From the NCBI GenBank assembly GCA_035490035.1, contig DATHIG010000522.1, positions 1 to 26,669 on the forward strand: 26,669 nt of DNA. The letters are read 5' to 3'. Source of the DNA: Actinomycetes bacterium (GTDB lineage Bacteria; Actinomycetota; CALGFH01). Shown here piece by piece: positions 7,215 to 15,102 of this stretch. How positions within the stretch are numbered: position 1 is the first letter of the stretch; the number at the start of each line of letters is the position of its first letter. Position numbers and translations under genes: made by a program. The notes beneath the pieces are model-generated. The model ran no database searches. It had not been told where the DNA came from and saw only the letters and a list, made by a program, of their open reading frames with translations.

Positions 7215-9263
7215 GTGAAGAGCTACCCCACCGACCGCGTCCGCAACATCCTCATCGTTGGTCACGGGGGCGCCGGCAAGACCTCCCTCGTCGAGGCTGT
7301 GTGCCATGCCACCGGGGCCACCAACCGCATCGGCCGGGTCGAGGACGGCACCACCGTGACCGACTTCGAGCCGGAGGAGACCCGCAAGCAGATCTCGGTC
7401 TCCCTGGCCGTCGCCCCGGTCGAGCACGACGGCTTCAAGGTCAACCTGCTCGACGCCCCCGGCTACGCCGACTTCATCGGCGACGTCCGGTCGGCCCTGC
7501 CCGCCGCCGACGCGGTGCTGTTCGTGGTCAGCGCCGTGGACGGGGTCGAGACCCAGACCGAGGTGGTCTGGACGATGGCCGAGGAGCTCGGCCTGCCGCG
7601 GGCCTTCTTCATCAGCAAGCTGGACCGCGACCGGGCCTCCTTCTCCCGCGCCCTCGACGCCATCCAGGCCGCCTTCGGCAAGGCCTGCCCGCCGCTGTAC
7701 CTGCCCATCGGCGAGGAGCACGGCCTCCGCGGCCTTGTCGGCCTGCTGTCGGGCCGCGCGTACACCTACGACGGCGGCGGGCGCTCCGAGGGCGAGGTCC
7801 CGGCCGACCTCACCGACGCCGCCCAGAACCTGCGCGAGCAGCTGATCGAGGCGGTCATCCAGGAGTCCGAGGACGAGGAGCTGATGGACCGCTACCTCGG
7901 CGGGGACGAGATCGCTCCGACGGACCTGATCCCCGACCTGGAGCAGGCGGTGGCCGCCGGGCGGCTGTTCCCGGTGCTGGCCGGGGCGGCCATCCGCAAC
8001 ATCGGCGTCACCGAGCTGCTCGAGGTCTGCACCCAGGCGTTCCCGTCCCCCGCCGAGCGTCCGGCCGTCGAGGGCCGCCGCGCCGACCCGGACGGCCCGC
8101 TGGCCGCCTACGTGTTCAAGACCATCTCCGACCCCTACGTCGGCCGCATGAACCTGTTCCGGGTGGTCTCGGGCACGTTCCTGCCCGACAGCACCGTGTT
8201 CAACGCCACCAAGCGCAAGGACGAGCGGGTCGGCCACCTGCTGACCGTCCGCGGCAAGGCCCAGGAGCCGGCCGAGCGGGTGGTTGCCGGCGACATCGGC
8301 GCGGTGGCCAAGCTCACCGACACCGCCACCGGCGACACCCTGACCGCCAAGGACCACCCGGTGGTGCTGCCGGCCCCGGCCATGCCCGACCCGCTGCTGC
8401 CGATCGCGATCGCGCCCAAGTCGCGCGGGGACGAGGAGAAGCTCTCCTCCGGCCTGGCCAGGACCGAGGCCGAGGACCTGACCCTGCGGGTGGAGCGCAA
8501 CGCCGAGACCCACCAGACGGTCCTGTGGGGCATGGGCGAGAACCACATCGAGGTCACCCTGGAGCGGCTCAAGCGCAAGTACGGCGTCGAGGTCACCTCG
8601 GTCCCGCTGCTGCTGCCCTACAAGGAGACCTTCAAGGCGCCGGTCAAGGCGGTCGGCCGGCACGTGAAGCAGTCGGGCGGCCACGGCCAGTACGCCATCT
8701 GCAACATCGAGGTCGAGCCGCTGCCCCGCGGGAGCGGCTTCGAGTACGTCGACAAGATCTACGGCGGCTCGGTCCCCAACCAGTTCATCCCGTCGGTCGA
8801 GAAGGGCGTGCGCAAGGCGATGGAGGACGGCCTGGTCGCCGGCTATCCCGTGGTCGACGTCCGGGTCACCCTCTACGACGGCAAGTACCACACGGTGGAC
8901 TCCTCGGACATGGCCTTCCAGATCGCCGGCAACCTGGCCCTCAAGGAGGCGGCCGCCCAGGCCGAGATGGTGCTCCTGGAGCCTGTCCTGGAGCTGGAGG
9001 TGCTCATCCCCGACGAGTACGTCGGCGACATCCTCGGCGACCTGTCGTCCCGCCGCGGCCGGGTGGTCGGCACCGACCCGGTCGGCACCGGGCGGACGCT
9101 GGTCCGGGCGACCGCCCCGGAGGCCGAGGTGGTCCGCTACGCCATCGACCTGCGCTCGATGACCAGGGGCAAGGGCTCGTTCGCGCGCCGCTTCTCCCAC
9201 TACGAGGAGCTGCCGTCGCACATGGCCGCCAAGGTGATCGAGGAGGTCAAGTCGCGCAGGTGA
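7215..9263 (+). CDS. fusA2: Elongation factor G-like protein (EF-G2 paralogue)
   Basis: GHGGAGKT P-loop, DAPGYADF, HVKQSGGHGQY, HTVDSSDMAF, LRSMTRGKG. Divergent switch I (RKQISV rather than RGITI) and G4 (SKLD) mark the EF-G2 type. RBS GAGGGAGG upstream of GTG 7215. Confidence 0.92.
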   Translation: MKSYPTDRVRNILIVGHGGAGKTSLVEAVCHATGATNRIGRVEDGTTVTDFEPEETRKQISVSLAVAPVEHDGFKVNLLDAPGYADFIGDVRSALPAADAVLFVVSAVDGVETQTEVVWTMAEELGLPRAFFISKLDRDRASFSRALDAIQAAFGKACPPLYLPIGEEHGLRGLVGLLSGRAYTYDGGGRSEGEVPADLTDAAQNLREQLIEAVIQESEDEELMDRYLGGDEIAPTDLIPDLEQAVAAGRLFPVLAGAAIRNIGVTELLEVCTQAFPSPAERPAVEGRRADPDGPLAAYVFKTISDPYVGRMNLFRVVSGTFLPDSTVFNATKRKDERVGHLLTVRGKAQEPAERVVAGDIGAVAKLTDTATGDTLTAKDHPVVLPAPAMPDPLLPIAIAPKSRGDEEKLSSGLARTEAEDLTLRVERNAETHQTVLWGMGENHIEVTLERLKRKYGVEVTSVPLLLPYKETFKAPVKAVGRHVKQSGGHGQYAICNIEVEPLPRGSGFEYVDKIYGGSVPNQFIPSVEKGVRKAMEDGLVAGYPVVDVRVTLYDGKYHTVDSSDMAFQIAGNLALKEAAAQAEMVLLEPVLELEVLIPDEYVGDILGDLSSRRGRVVGTDPVGTGRTLVRATAPEAEVVRYAIDLRSMTRGKGSFARRFSHYEELPSHMAAKVIEEVKSRR

Positions 9264-10237
9264 GCGGCCAACGGGGGGGTCGGAGTCCGCTGCTGGTCAC
9301 CGGCATGCCGCGCACGGCCACCAGCTGGGTGGGCAAGATGCTGGAGGCGAGCGGCCGGCTGGTGTACGTCAACGAGCCGCTGAACCCGCAGCATCCGCCG
9401 GGGCGCTCGCCCGGGGTGCTGCGGGCCGAGGTCGAGCACGCCTTCCAGTACATCAGCGAGGAGAACGAGCGGGTCTGGCTGCCGGCGTTCCGGGACACGG
9501 TGCGCCTGCGCTTCCACCCGCTGGCCGAGCTGCGACGCAACCACGGCCCCTACGACCTGATGCGCACGGTCAAGTACACCGCCGGCTTCGGGCTGGGCCG
9601 GCTGCGCGGGCGCCGGGCCCTGCTCGACGACCCCTACGCGGTGTTCGCCGCCCCGTGGCTGCACCGCCGGGTCGGCTGCCGGGTGGTGGTCACCGTCCGC
9701 GACCCGGTGGCCACCGTCGCCAGCTGGCGCCGGCTCGGCTGGCGGCCGCGGCTTGGCGAGCTGCTGGCCCAGCCGGCCCTGGTCCGCGACCGCCTGGCCC
9801 GGTTCGTGCCCGAGCTGGAGGCGGCCCGCCGCGACGAGGGCGACGGGGTCGACCAGGCCAGCCTGCTGTGGCGGGTGATCTACGGGACGGTGGCCGCCTA
9901 CCGCGGGGAGATCCCGGGCCTGGAGGTGGTCAGGCACGAGGACCTGTCGGCCGACCCGGTGCCGGCGTTCGCCGGGCTCTACGACCGGCTCGGCCTGCCG
10001 TTCGGACCGGAGGCCGAGCGGGCGATCGTTGCGGCGACCTCCGGCGGGGCGGGCGGTGGCGCGATGCGCTGGTCGGTGTCGGCCGGCGGGGTGTCGAAGA
10101 CGGCCGCCCGCCGCCTCGACAGCCGGGCCAACCTGCAGGTGTGGCGGGAGCGGCTGGCCCCCGAGGAGGTGGCCCGCATCCGCGAGCTGACCGCCGAGGT
10201 CGCCGCCGCCTTCGGCTATGGGAAGGGCAGCCGGTAG
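9260..10237 (+). CDS. Sulfotransferase family protein (325 aa)
   Basis: N-terminal 5'-PSB-like loop LLVTGMPRTATSW, NEPLN, 3'-PB-like VRDPVATVASW, and RHEDL...P. GTG start overlaps the EF-G2 stop (GTGA at 9260-9263). Confidence 0.8.
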   Translation: MSGQRGGRSPLLVTGMPRTATSWVGKMLEASGRLVYVNEPLNPQHPPGRSPGVLRAEVEHAFQYISEENERVWLPAFRDTVRLRFHPLAELRRNHGPYDLMRTVKYTAGFGLGRLRGRRALLDDPYAVFAAPWLHRRVGCRVVVTVRDPVATVASWRRLGWRPRLGELLAQPALVRDRLARFVPELEAARRDEGDGVDQASLLWRVIYGTVAAYRGEIPGLEVVRHEDLSADPVPAFAGLYDRLGLPFGPEAERAIVAATSGGAGGGAMRWSVSAGGVSKTAARRLDSRANLQVWRERLAPEEVARIRELTAEVAAAFGYGKGSR

Positions 10238-12633
10238 GGCCAGCCGGCGAACTGCCGGCCGTCCTCGCCGGCGTCCCAGGGCCAGCATTCGATCACGAAC
10301 TGGCGGCCGGCCTTGTCGACCCGGACAAGGCCGTAGCCTTCGCGCTTGCGGTCGCGGTCGCCGAGCTCGGCGTTGCGCCCGCGCCGCTCGGCCCGGAAGG
10401 CGGCCTTGGTGAGCCGGGGGTTGGCGACGGCCAGGACCCGCATGCGGTTGCCGTAGGCGTCGGTGAAGTCGCCGGTGTCAGGGGTTGGGCCGGGGTTGGG
10501 CAGGCCGCCGGCCGGCTCGAACCAGCGCTGCCAGGCGCTCCCGGCGGCCGGGGCGACGAACTGGACCGGCCCGTCGTCGAACCCGTCGAGGCCGTGCCGG
10601 ACCAGGCTGGCCAGATGCTGGTCGCCCGAGACCAGCAGCGCCCCGGCCCGCTTGACCAGCTCCAGGGCGGTCCGGCGGGCCGCGACGGCCGCGTCGGCGT
10701 CGGAGTCGAACTGGGCCCGGCCGCGCTCGTCGGTCTGCAGGCAGCCCCACAGGGTCTGGGAGAAGCAGATCTTGGGGACGCCGGGGTCGGCGCCGGCCCA
10801 GTCGGCCAGGAACCGCTGCTGGCGGTCCCCGAGGATGGCCAGGTCGTAGCGGTTGCCGGCCGGGTCCCGGTTGTCCTTGTCGCCGGTCTTGAACTTGCGG
10901 TCCTCGACCAGCGCGAAGCCGACCCCGCCGTAACGGAAGGCGCCGTAGTAGACGCCGATGCCCTGGGCCACCGGGGCGGGGTCGTGCGGGTCGGGGTTGT
11001 GGCTGGTCTGGATCCGCTGGACCAGGTTGACCCAGGCGGCCGGGTGGGCGTAGCCGCCGTTGCGGTAGTCGCCGCCCGGAGACGGGGCGCCGGCGTTGCC
11101 CCACAGGTTGGGATGGTAGACGTCGTGGTCGTCGACCAGCACCACCGTCGGCACCGAACGCGTCAGGTCGCGGAACGCCCACAGCCACAGGTACCAGCGG
11201 TACAGCATGTCCAGGGTCGGCTCGGGGCCTCGCTCCTTGGTGGTCGGCCGGTACTCGTAGTACTGGTCGCCGACGGCGGCCAGCAGGTGGGGCCGGCGCC
11301 GGCGCAGGTCGTCGACCAGCTGCCGGTAGGGGAAGTACAGGTTGCGCTCGGTGTACAGGCCGAGCGGCCGCGACCCGGCGATCCCGTCATGGAGGTCGCT
11401 GGCCACGTTGAGCGGCCGGTAGCTGTGAATGGTGCAGTCGAGCACCCCGACCCGCAGCTCGTCGGCAGCCACCGGGTCGGCCGCGATCCTCCCCTGGAAG
11501 CGCTGCTCCTGCGCGGTGCCAGCCCCCCACACGACCCGGTACTCGCGGTCGGCACCGCCGTCCCAGCCGGTCAGCCGGAACACGGCCGCAAACCCCGGCC
11601 CGACCGGCGCCACCGGGCCGATCTCCCATGCCCCGCCTGGCCGGCGCAGCTCCAGCCGCACCTCGCGCGGGTCGGCATCGCCAACGGGCAGGAGCTGGGC
11701 GGTCAGCTTCAGCACCGACCCGTTGAGGGTGTAGAGGGTGCCGAGGACGGGGCCTTCGGCCCGCTCCGGCCGCTCGGCCAGCTTGGATCCGGCGGTCCCG
11801 AGGCCGGCGAACCAGTGCCTGGCGCCACCCTGCTTCTCCCTCGCCGAGGAGACCAGCGCGAGCCCGCCGGCCAGGGTGGCGCCGGACACGCCGTCCAGCC
11901 GGGCGCCGGCCAGCCGGCGGCCGTCCTGGCCGGTGGCCTGCAGGGTCAGCCGGAAGCGCCCGCGAGCGCGCGGGCTGATCTCCAGCACCAGCTCGACGTC
12001 CTCGTCGGTGGTCCGGGGCCGGGGCTGGCCGGACCGGACCGTGCCGGGCATGGGGGCGTAGGCGAACTGCCTGGCCTCGTCGGTGTGGTCCCGGAACCCG
12101 ACCGCCCCGTCGTGGTCGAAGGTGCAAAGGATGCCCCCGCCCTCCCCCGACGCCCCCTGGACGAGGGCGGCCGCCCGATGGTCGAGGCGGCCGGCGCCCG
12201 TCCCGACCAGGAACCCGGAGAAGCCCTCCCCGGCGGACAGGGTCCCGGTGCGGACCCCGATCCTGGCCGGCTGGTCGCCGGCGACCAGCTCCCTGGTGAG
12301 GACGGCCACGGTCCGGGTGCGCATCGGGCCGGTGCCGGCGACACACTCCAGCCGCCCCTGGTGCAGCCGCCAGTCCTGGAGCCGGTTGGCCCAGAAGGCC
12401 GGCCCCAGCCAGGTCCTGGTCCGGTCCGTCGGCAGCTGGCCGACCGCGGCCAGGCCGGCCGGCGGCGCGACCGGGGCCGGCGCCGGCGGCCGTGCCGGCT
12501 GGGCCTCACCCCTGGCCCACGGCCAGAGGCGCCAGGCCAGCAGTCCGGCGACCACGGCCCCGAGACCGGCCTTGAGGAAATTGCGACGTTCGATCCGACC
12601 GGCACCCAAGCGTCGACAACCTCCCGGCTCCAT
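10216..12633 (-). CDS. Tat-exported PhoD-like (alkaline phosphatase D family) metallophosphoesterase with a long N-terminal extension
   Basis: Twin-arginine motif ERRNFLK followed by a hydrophobic stretch. Metallophosphoesterase-type motifs GDQYYE, DDHDVY and LVSGDQH. Confidence 0.75.
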   Translation of the reverse strand: MEPGGCRRLGAGRIERRNFLKAGLGAVVAGLLAWRLWPWARGEAQPARPPAPAPVAPPAGLAAVGQLPTDRTRTWLGPAFWANRLQDWRLHQGRLECVAGTGPMRTRTVAVLTRELVAGDQPARIGVRTGTLSAGEGFSGFLVGTGAGRLDHRAAALVQGASGEGGGILCTFDHDGAVGFRDHTDEARQFAYAPMPGTVRSGQPRPRTTDEDVELVLEISPRARGRFRLTLQATGQDGRRLAGARLDGVSGATLAGGLALVSSAREKQGGARHWFAGLGTAGSKLAERPERAEGPVLGTLYTLNGSVLKLTAQLLPVGDADPREVRLELRRPGGAWEIGPVAPVGPGFAAVFRLTGWDGGADREYRVVWGAGTAQEQRFQGRIAADPVAADELRVGVLDCTIHSYRPLNVASDLHDGIAGSRPLGLYTERNLYFPYRQLVDDLRRRRPHLLAAVGDQYYEYRPTTKERGPEPTLDMLYRWYLWLWAFRDLTRSVPTVVLVDDHDVYHPNLWGNAGAPSPGGDYRNGGYAHPAAWVNLVQRIQTSHNPDPHDPAPVAQGIGVYYGAFRYGGVGFALVEDRKFKTGDKDNRDPAGNRYDLAILGDRQQRFLADWAGADPGVPKICFSQTLWGCLQTDERGRAQFDSDADAAVAARRTALELVKRAGALLVSGDQHLASLVRHGLDGFDDGPVQFVAPAAGSAWQRWFEPAGGLPNPGPTPDTGDFTDAYGNRMRVLAVANPRLTKAAFRAERRGRNAELGDRDRKREGYGLVRVDKAGRQFVIECWPWDAGEDGRQFAGWPYRLPFP

Positions 12634-12645
12634 GGAAAGCGCCGG

Positions 12646-13344
12646 CTAGCGGTCCTCGATCGTGACCAGCCCCTGGCGCACGGCCAGCGCGGCCGCCTCG
12701 AGCTTGGAGTGTACGCCCAGCTTGACCAGCACGTTCTGCACGTGGGTGCGGACCGTGTTGAGCGACAGGTAGCAGGCCTCGGCGATGCGGCGGTTGGAGT
12801 AGCCGCGGGCCAGCAGGGCCAGGATCTGGCGCTCCCGGTCCGACAGGCTGCGCAGCAGCAGCTCGGCGTGAGCGTCCCGCGCCGGTGGGGCCTGGGGCCG
12901 GCCGGCCGAGGGTGCCGGGGCGGACACCGCCATCGCGGCCAGGGTCCCGGCGGAGCCGGCGAAGGCGACCCGGTGGCCGGCGGCCACCATCCGGATGGCC
13001 TCGGCCAGCTCGCGGCCGGAGGCGGCCCGGCTCAAGCCGGCGTGGCCGCCCGGGTCGGGACCGCCCGCGGCCTGGCGCCGGAGGTCCTCGGCCAGCAGCA
13101 GCACCCGGGTCCCCGGCCGGGCCTGGCCGACCAGCCGGAGCAGCTCGGTGACCTCTGGTCCCGGCATCTGGGTGTCGACCACCAGCACGTCGGGCTGGTG
13201 GGCGAGCACCGCCTGCAGCGCCGAGGCGCCGTCGCCGGCCAGGGCGACCACCTCGAGGTCGTCCTCGGCCGACAGCACCATGCCGAGGCCCTCGAGGAAC
13301 GCGTCATGGTCGTCGGCCAGCACGACCCGGACCGGTTGCCGCAT
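12646..13344 (-). CDS. NarL/LuxR-family response regulator (atypical receiver)
   Basis: REC start VVLADDH, acceptor VVD, C-terminal LuxR HTH LSDRERQILALLARGYSNRRIA...TVRTHVQNVLVKLGVHSKLEAA. Confidence 0.92.
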   Translation of the reverse strand: MRQPVRVVLADDHDAFLEGLGMVLSAEDDLEVVALAGDGASALQAVLAHQPDVLVVDTQMPGPEVTELLRLVGQARPGTRVLLLAEDLRRQAAGGPDPGGHAGLSRAASGRELAEAIRMVAAGHRVAFAGSAGTLAAMAVSAPAPSAGRPQAPPARDAHAELLLRSLSDRERQILALLARGYSNRRIAEACYLSLNTVRTHVQNVLVKLGVHSKLEAAALAVRQGLVTIEDR

Positions 13345-13368
13345 TCCCCTTCCCCCCGAGAAGCGCGA

Positions 13369-14019
13369 TCAGGTGTTGACGGCAGTGTCCAGCGGATCTG
13401 GCTCGGCGGCGATCCCCGGCCGCAGCGGCAGGCTGAGCCCGACGACGGTGCCGCCACCCTGGCGCTCGGCCACCCAGGACCGCCCGCCGGCGTCGTCGAG
13501 GAACCGGCGGACCACGAACAGCCCGATGCCGTGCCCGCCGTCGCTGGCCTCGGCGACGCCGCGGTCGGCGACGATCACCTCGACCTGGCCGGCCGCCGGG
13601 TCGGCACGGACACCGACCTCGACGCCGTCCGGCCCGCCGTGCACGGCCGCGTTGTCGATCAGGTTCTCGACCACCTGGCGGAGCATGGTGGCGCTGGCCT
13701 CGACCTCGACCTCGACCTGGACGTCGGCCTCGACCCGCACCGACGCCCCGCGGGCGACCCCAACGGTCCTGGCCGCCGACCGCACCGCTGCGACCACGTC
13801 GGCGGCGGTGGCGGTGGCGGCGGGACGGTCGCGGCCCGGGTCGCCGAGCAGCTCGCCGGCCAGGTCGTCGAGGTCGTCGATCTCGCCGAGGAGCAGGTCG
13901 ATCATGGATGCCGGGTCGAGCCCCCGGCCGCGGAGCATGGCGATCGCCTCGCCGACGACCCGCACCGCCGCCATCCGCCGCCGCAGCTCGTGGGCGAGCA
14001 TGGCAACGTCGCTTGGCAT
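13369..14019 (-). CDS. Sensor-less histidine kinase-like protein (HisKA + HATPase_c)
   Basis: H-box AHELRR within the first ten residues, N-box LRQVVENLIDNAAVHG, degenerate G1 (ADRG), G2 GHGIGLFVV. No TM or sensor domain. Start at ATG 14019 is uncertain; the ORF extends to 14088. Confidence 0.8.
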   Translation of the reverse strand: MPSDVAMLAHELRRRMAAVRVVGEAIAMLRGRGLDPASMIDLLLGEIDDLDDLAGELLGDPGRDRPAATATAADVVAAVRSAARTVGVARGASVRVEADVQVEVEVEASATMLRQVVENLIDNAAVHGGPDGVEVGVRADPAAGQVEVIVADRGVAEASDGGHGIGLFVVRRFLDDAGGRSWVAERQGGGTVVGLSLPLRPGIAAEPDPLDTAVNT

Positions 14020-14090
14020 ATCCTGCCGCTTGCCTCCCTGAGCACGCGCAGCTTTCGGCGTGCATGCCGGCCGACACGCATGAGCCACTG

Positions 14091-14346
14091 AGTAGTCCCC
14101 CTGTCGCTACTTGTGGGCCGTCAACGTACTGCGCAGGGGACAAGCTGCCCATCTGAAGAACTGACTAGAGATGGTACGGGTGCATGATCTTCTTCACGAT
14201 CTGGACAGAGCGGGCCGGAAAGGTCGGGCGATTCCCGCGATACCCGGCACACCCTCCCTACAGGCATTTGCAACGGGCGTCGACTGTCGTAGTACGACTT
14301 ACTGCGGCTGTAGTAGGGAACGGACGAGCCGATCGGCCACAGTAGG
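14091..14346. promoter_or_regulatory. Divergent promoter region with recurrent AGTA(G/C)/(G/C)TACT motifs and a palindrome
   Basis: About 61% GC over 14081-14390 by hand count. AGTAG-N11-CTACT (14091-14111), GTCGTA-G-TACGAC (14286-14298), GTAGTAGGG (14310-14318), AGTAGG (14341-14346). Confidence 0.4.
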
Positions 14347-14390
14347 CAGCCGGAAGGCTCGCGAGAGCTCGCTCGGATGACGGGGACACT

Positions 14391-15062
14391 ATGGCACGGG
14401 TGGTGCTGGCAGATTCGCAGCCGCTGTTCAACGAGGCGCTGGAGGCGCTGTTCTCCCGCGATGAGGCGCATCAGGTGATCGGCCGCTGCTCGTCGGCCGA
14501 CGACGCCTTCACCGTCGTCTCCACCCTCCGCCCTGACCTGGTGCTGGTCGACGCCGCCCTCGGCCTGGAAGGCTCGCCGAACCTGGTCGTGCGCATGCTC
14601 GAAGCCTCCCCCGGGGCTCGGGTGATCGTGCTCGGCGACGACCACGACGCCGACCTGCTGCTGGCCGCCATCCGGGCCGGCGCCGCCGGCGTGGTCGGCA
14701 AGACCTACGGCGCCAGCACGGTGCTGCGGGTGGCCGGGGCGGTGCTGGGCGGCGAGGGAGCCGTCCCCCGGAGCATGCTGCTCGAGCTGGCCAGGCGCAT
14801 CGTCTCCAAGGAGCGGGCGGCCGACTCGCCGCTGTCGCGACTCTCCCCCCGCGAGCGTCAGGTGCTCGCCCTGCTCAGCCGGGGCTGGGACAACGCCCGT
14901 ATCGGCCGTGACCTGTTCATCAGCCAGCACACCGTCCGCACCCACATCCAGAACATTCTGGAGAAGCTGGGGATGCACTCCAAGCTCGAGGCCGCCACCT
15001 TCGCGATGCAGCGATCGATGGAGCTGGAGCTGGCCCCCGGCGGCGTCGGGTCGGACCATTGA
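14391..15062 (+). CDS. NarL/LuxR-family response regulator (atypical receiver)
   Basis: VVLADSQ, LVLVD acceptor, GVVGK, LuxR HTH LSPRERQVLALLSRGWDNARIG...TVRTHIQNILEKLGMHSKLEAA. Confidence 0.92.
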   Translation: MARVVLADSQPLFNEALEALFSRDEAHQVIGRCSSADDAFTVVSTLRPDLVLVDAALGLEGSPNLVVRMLEASPGARVIVLGDDHDADLLLAAIRAGAAGVVGKTYGASTVLRVAGAVLGGEGAVPRSMLLELARRIVSKERAADSPLSRLSPRERQVLALLSRGWDNARIGRDLFISQHTVRTHIQNILEKLGMHSKLEAATFAMQRSMELELAPGGVGSDH

Positions 15063-15102
15063 TCTCGGAACCCCAACTCGCAACCCAAAAGGAGCCGGCA
15101 CT

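Noticed and set aside
7097-10237. 1046-aa ORF suggesting a large fusion protein ending in a sulfotransferase
   Set aside because: The first ~720 codons are an out-of-frame reading of EF-G2 (Arg/Pro/Gly-rich). The real gene starts at the GTGA overlap at 9260.
9655-14091. 1478-aa plus-strand ORF and other very long ORFs (7143-9221 minus, 4208-5581 plus, 20484-22493 plus)
   Set aside because: They are antisense or shifted shadows of motif-bearing genes, expected at this GC content, and show no family motifs.
14171-14380. 69-aa ORF in the divergent intergenic region
   Set aside because: Low GC3, no clear RBS and no motif. More likely promoter DNA.
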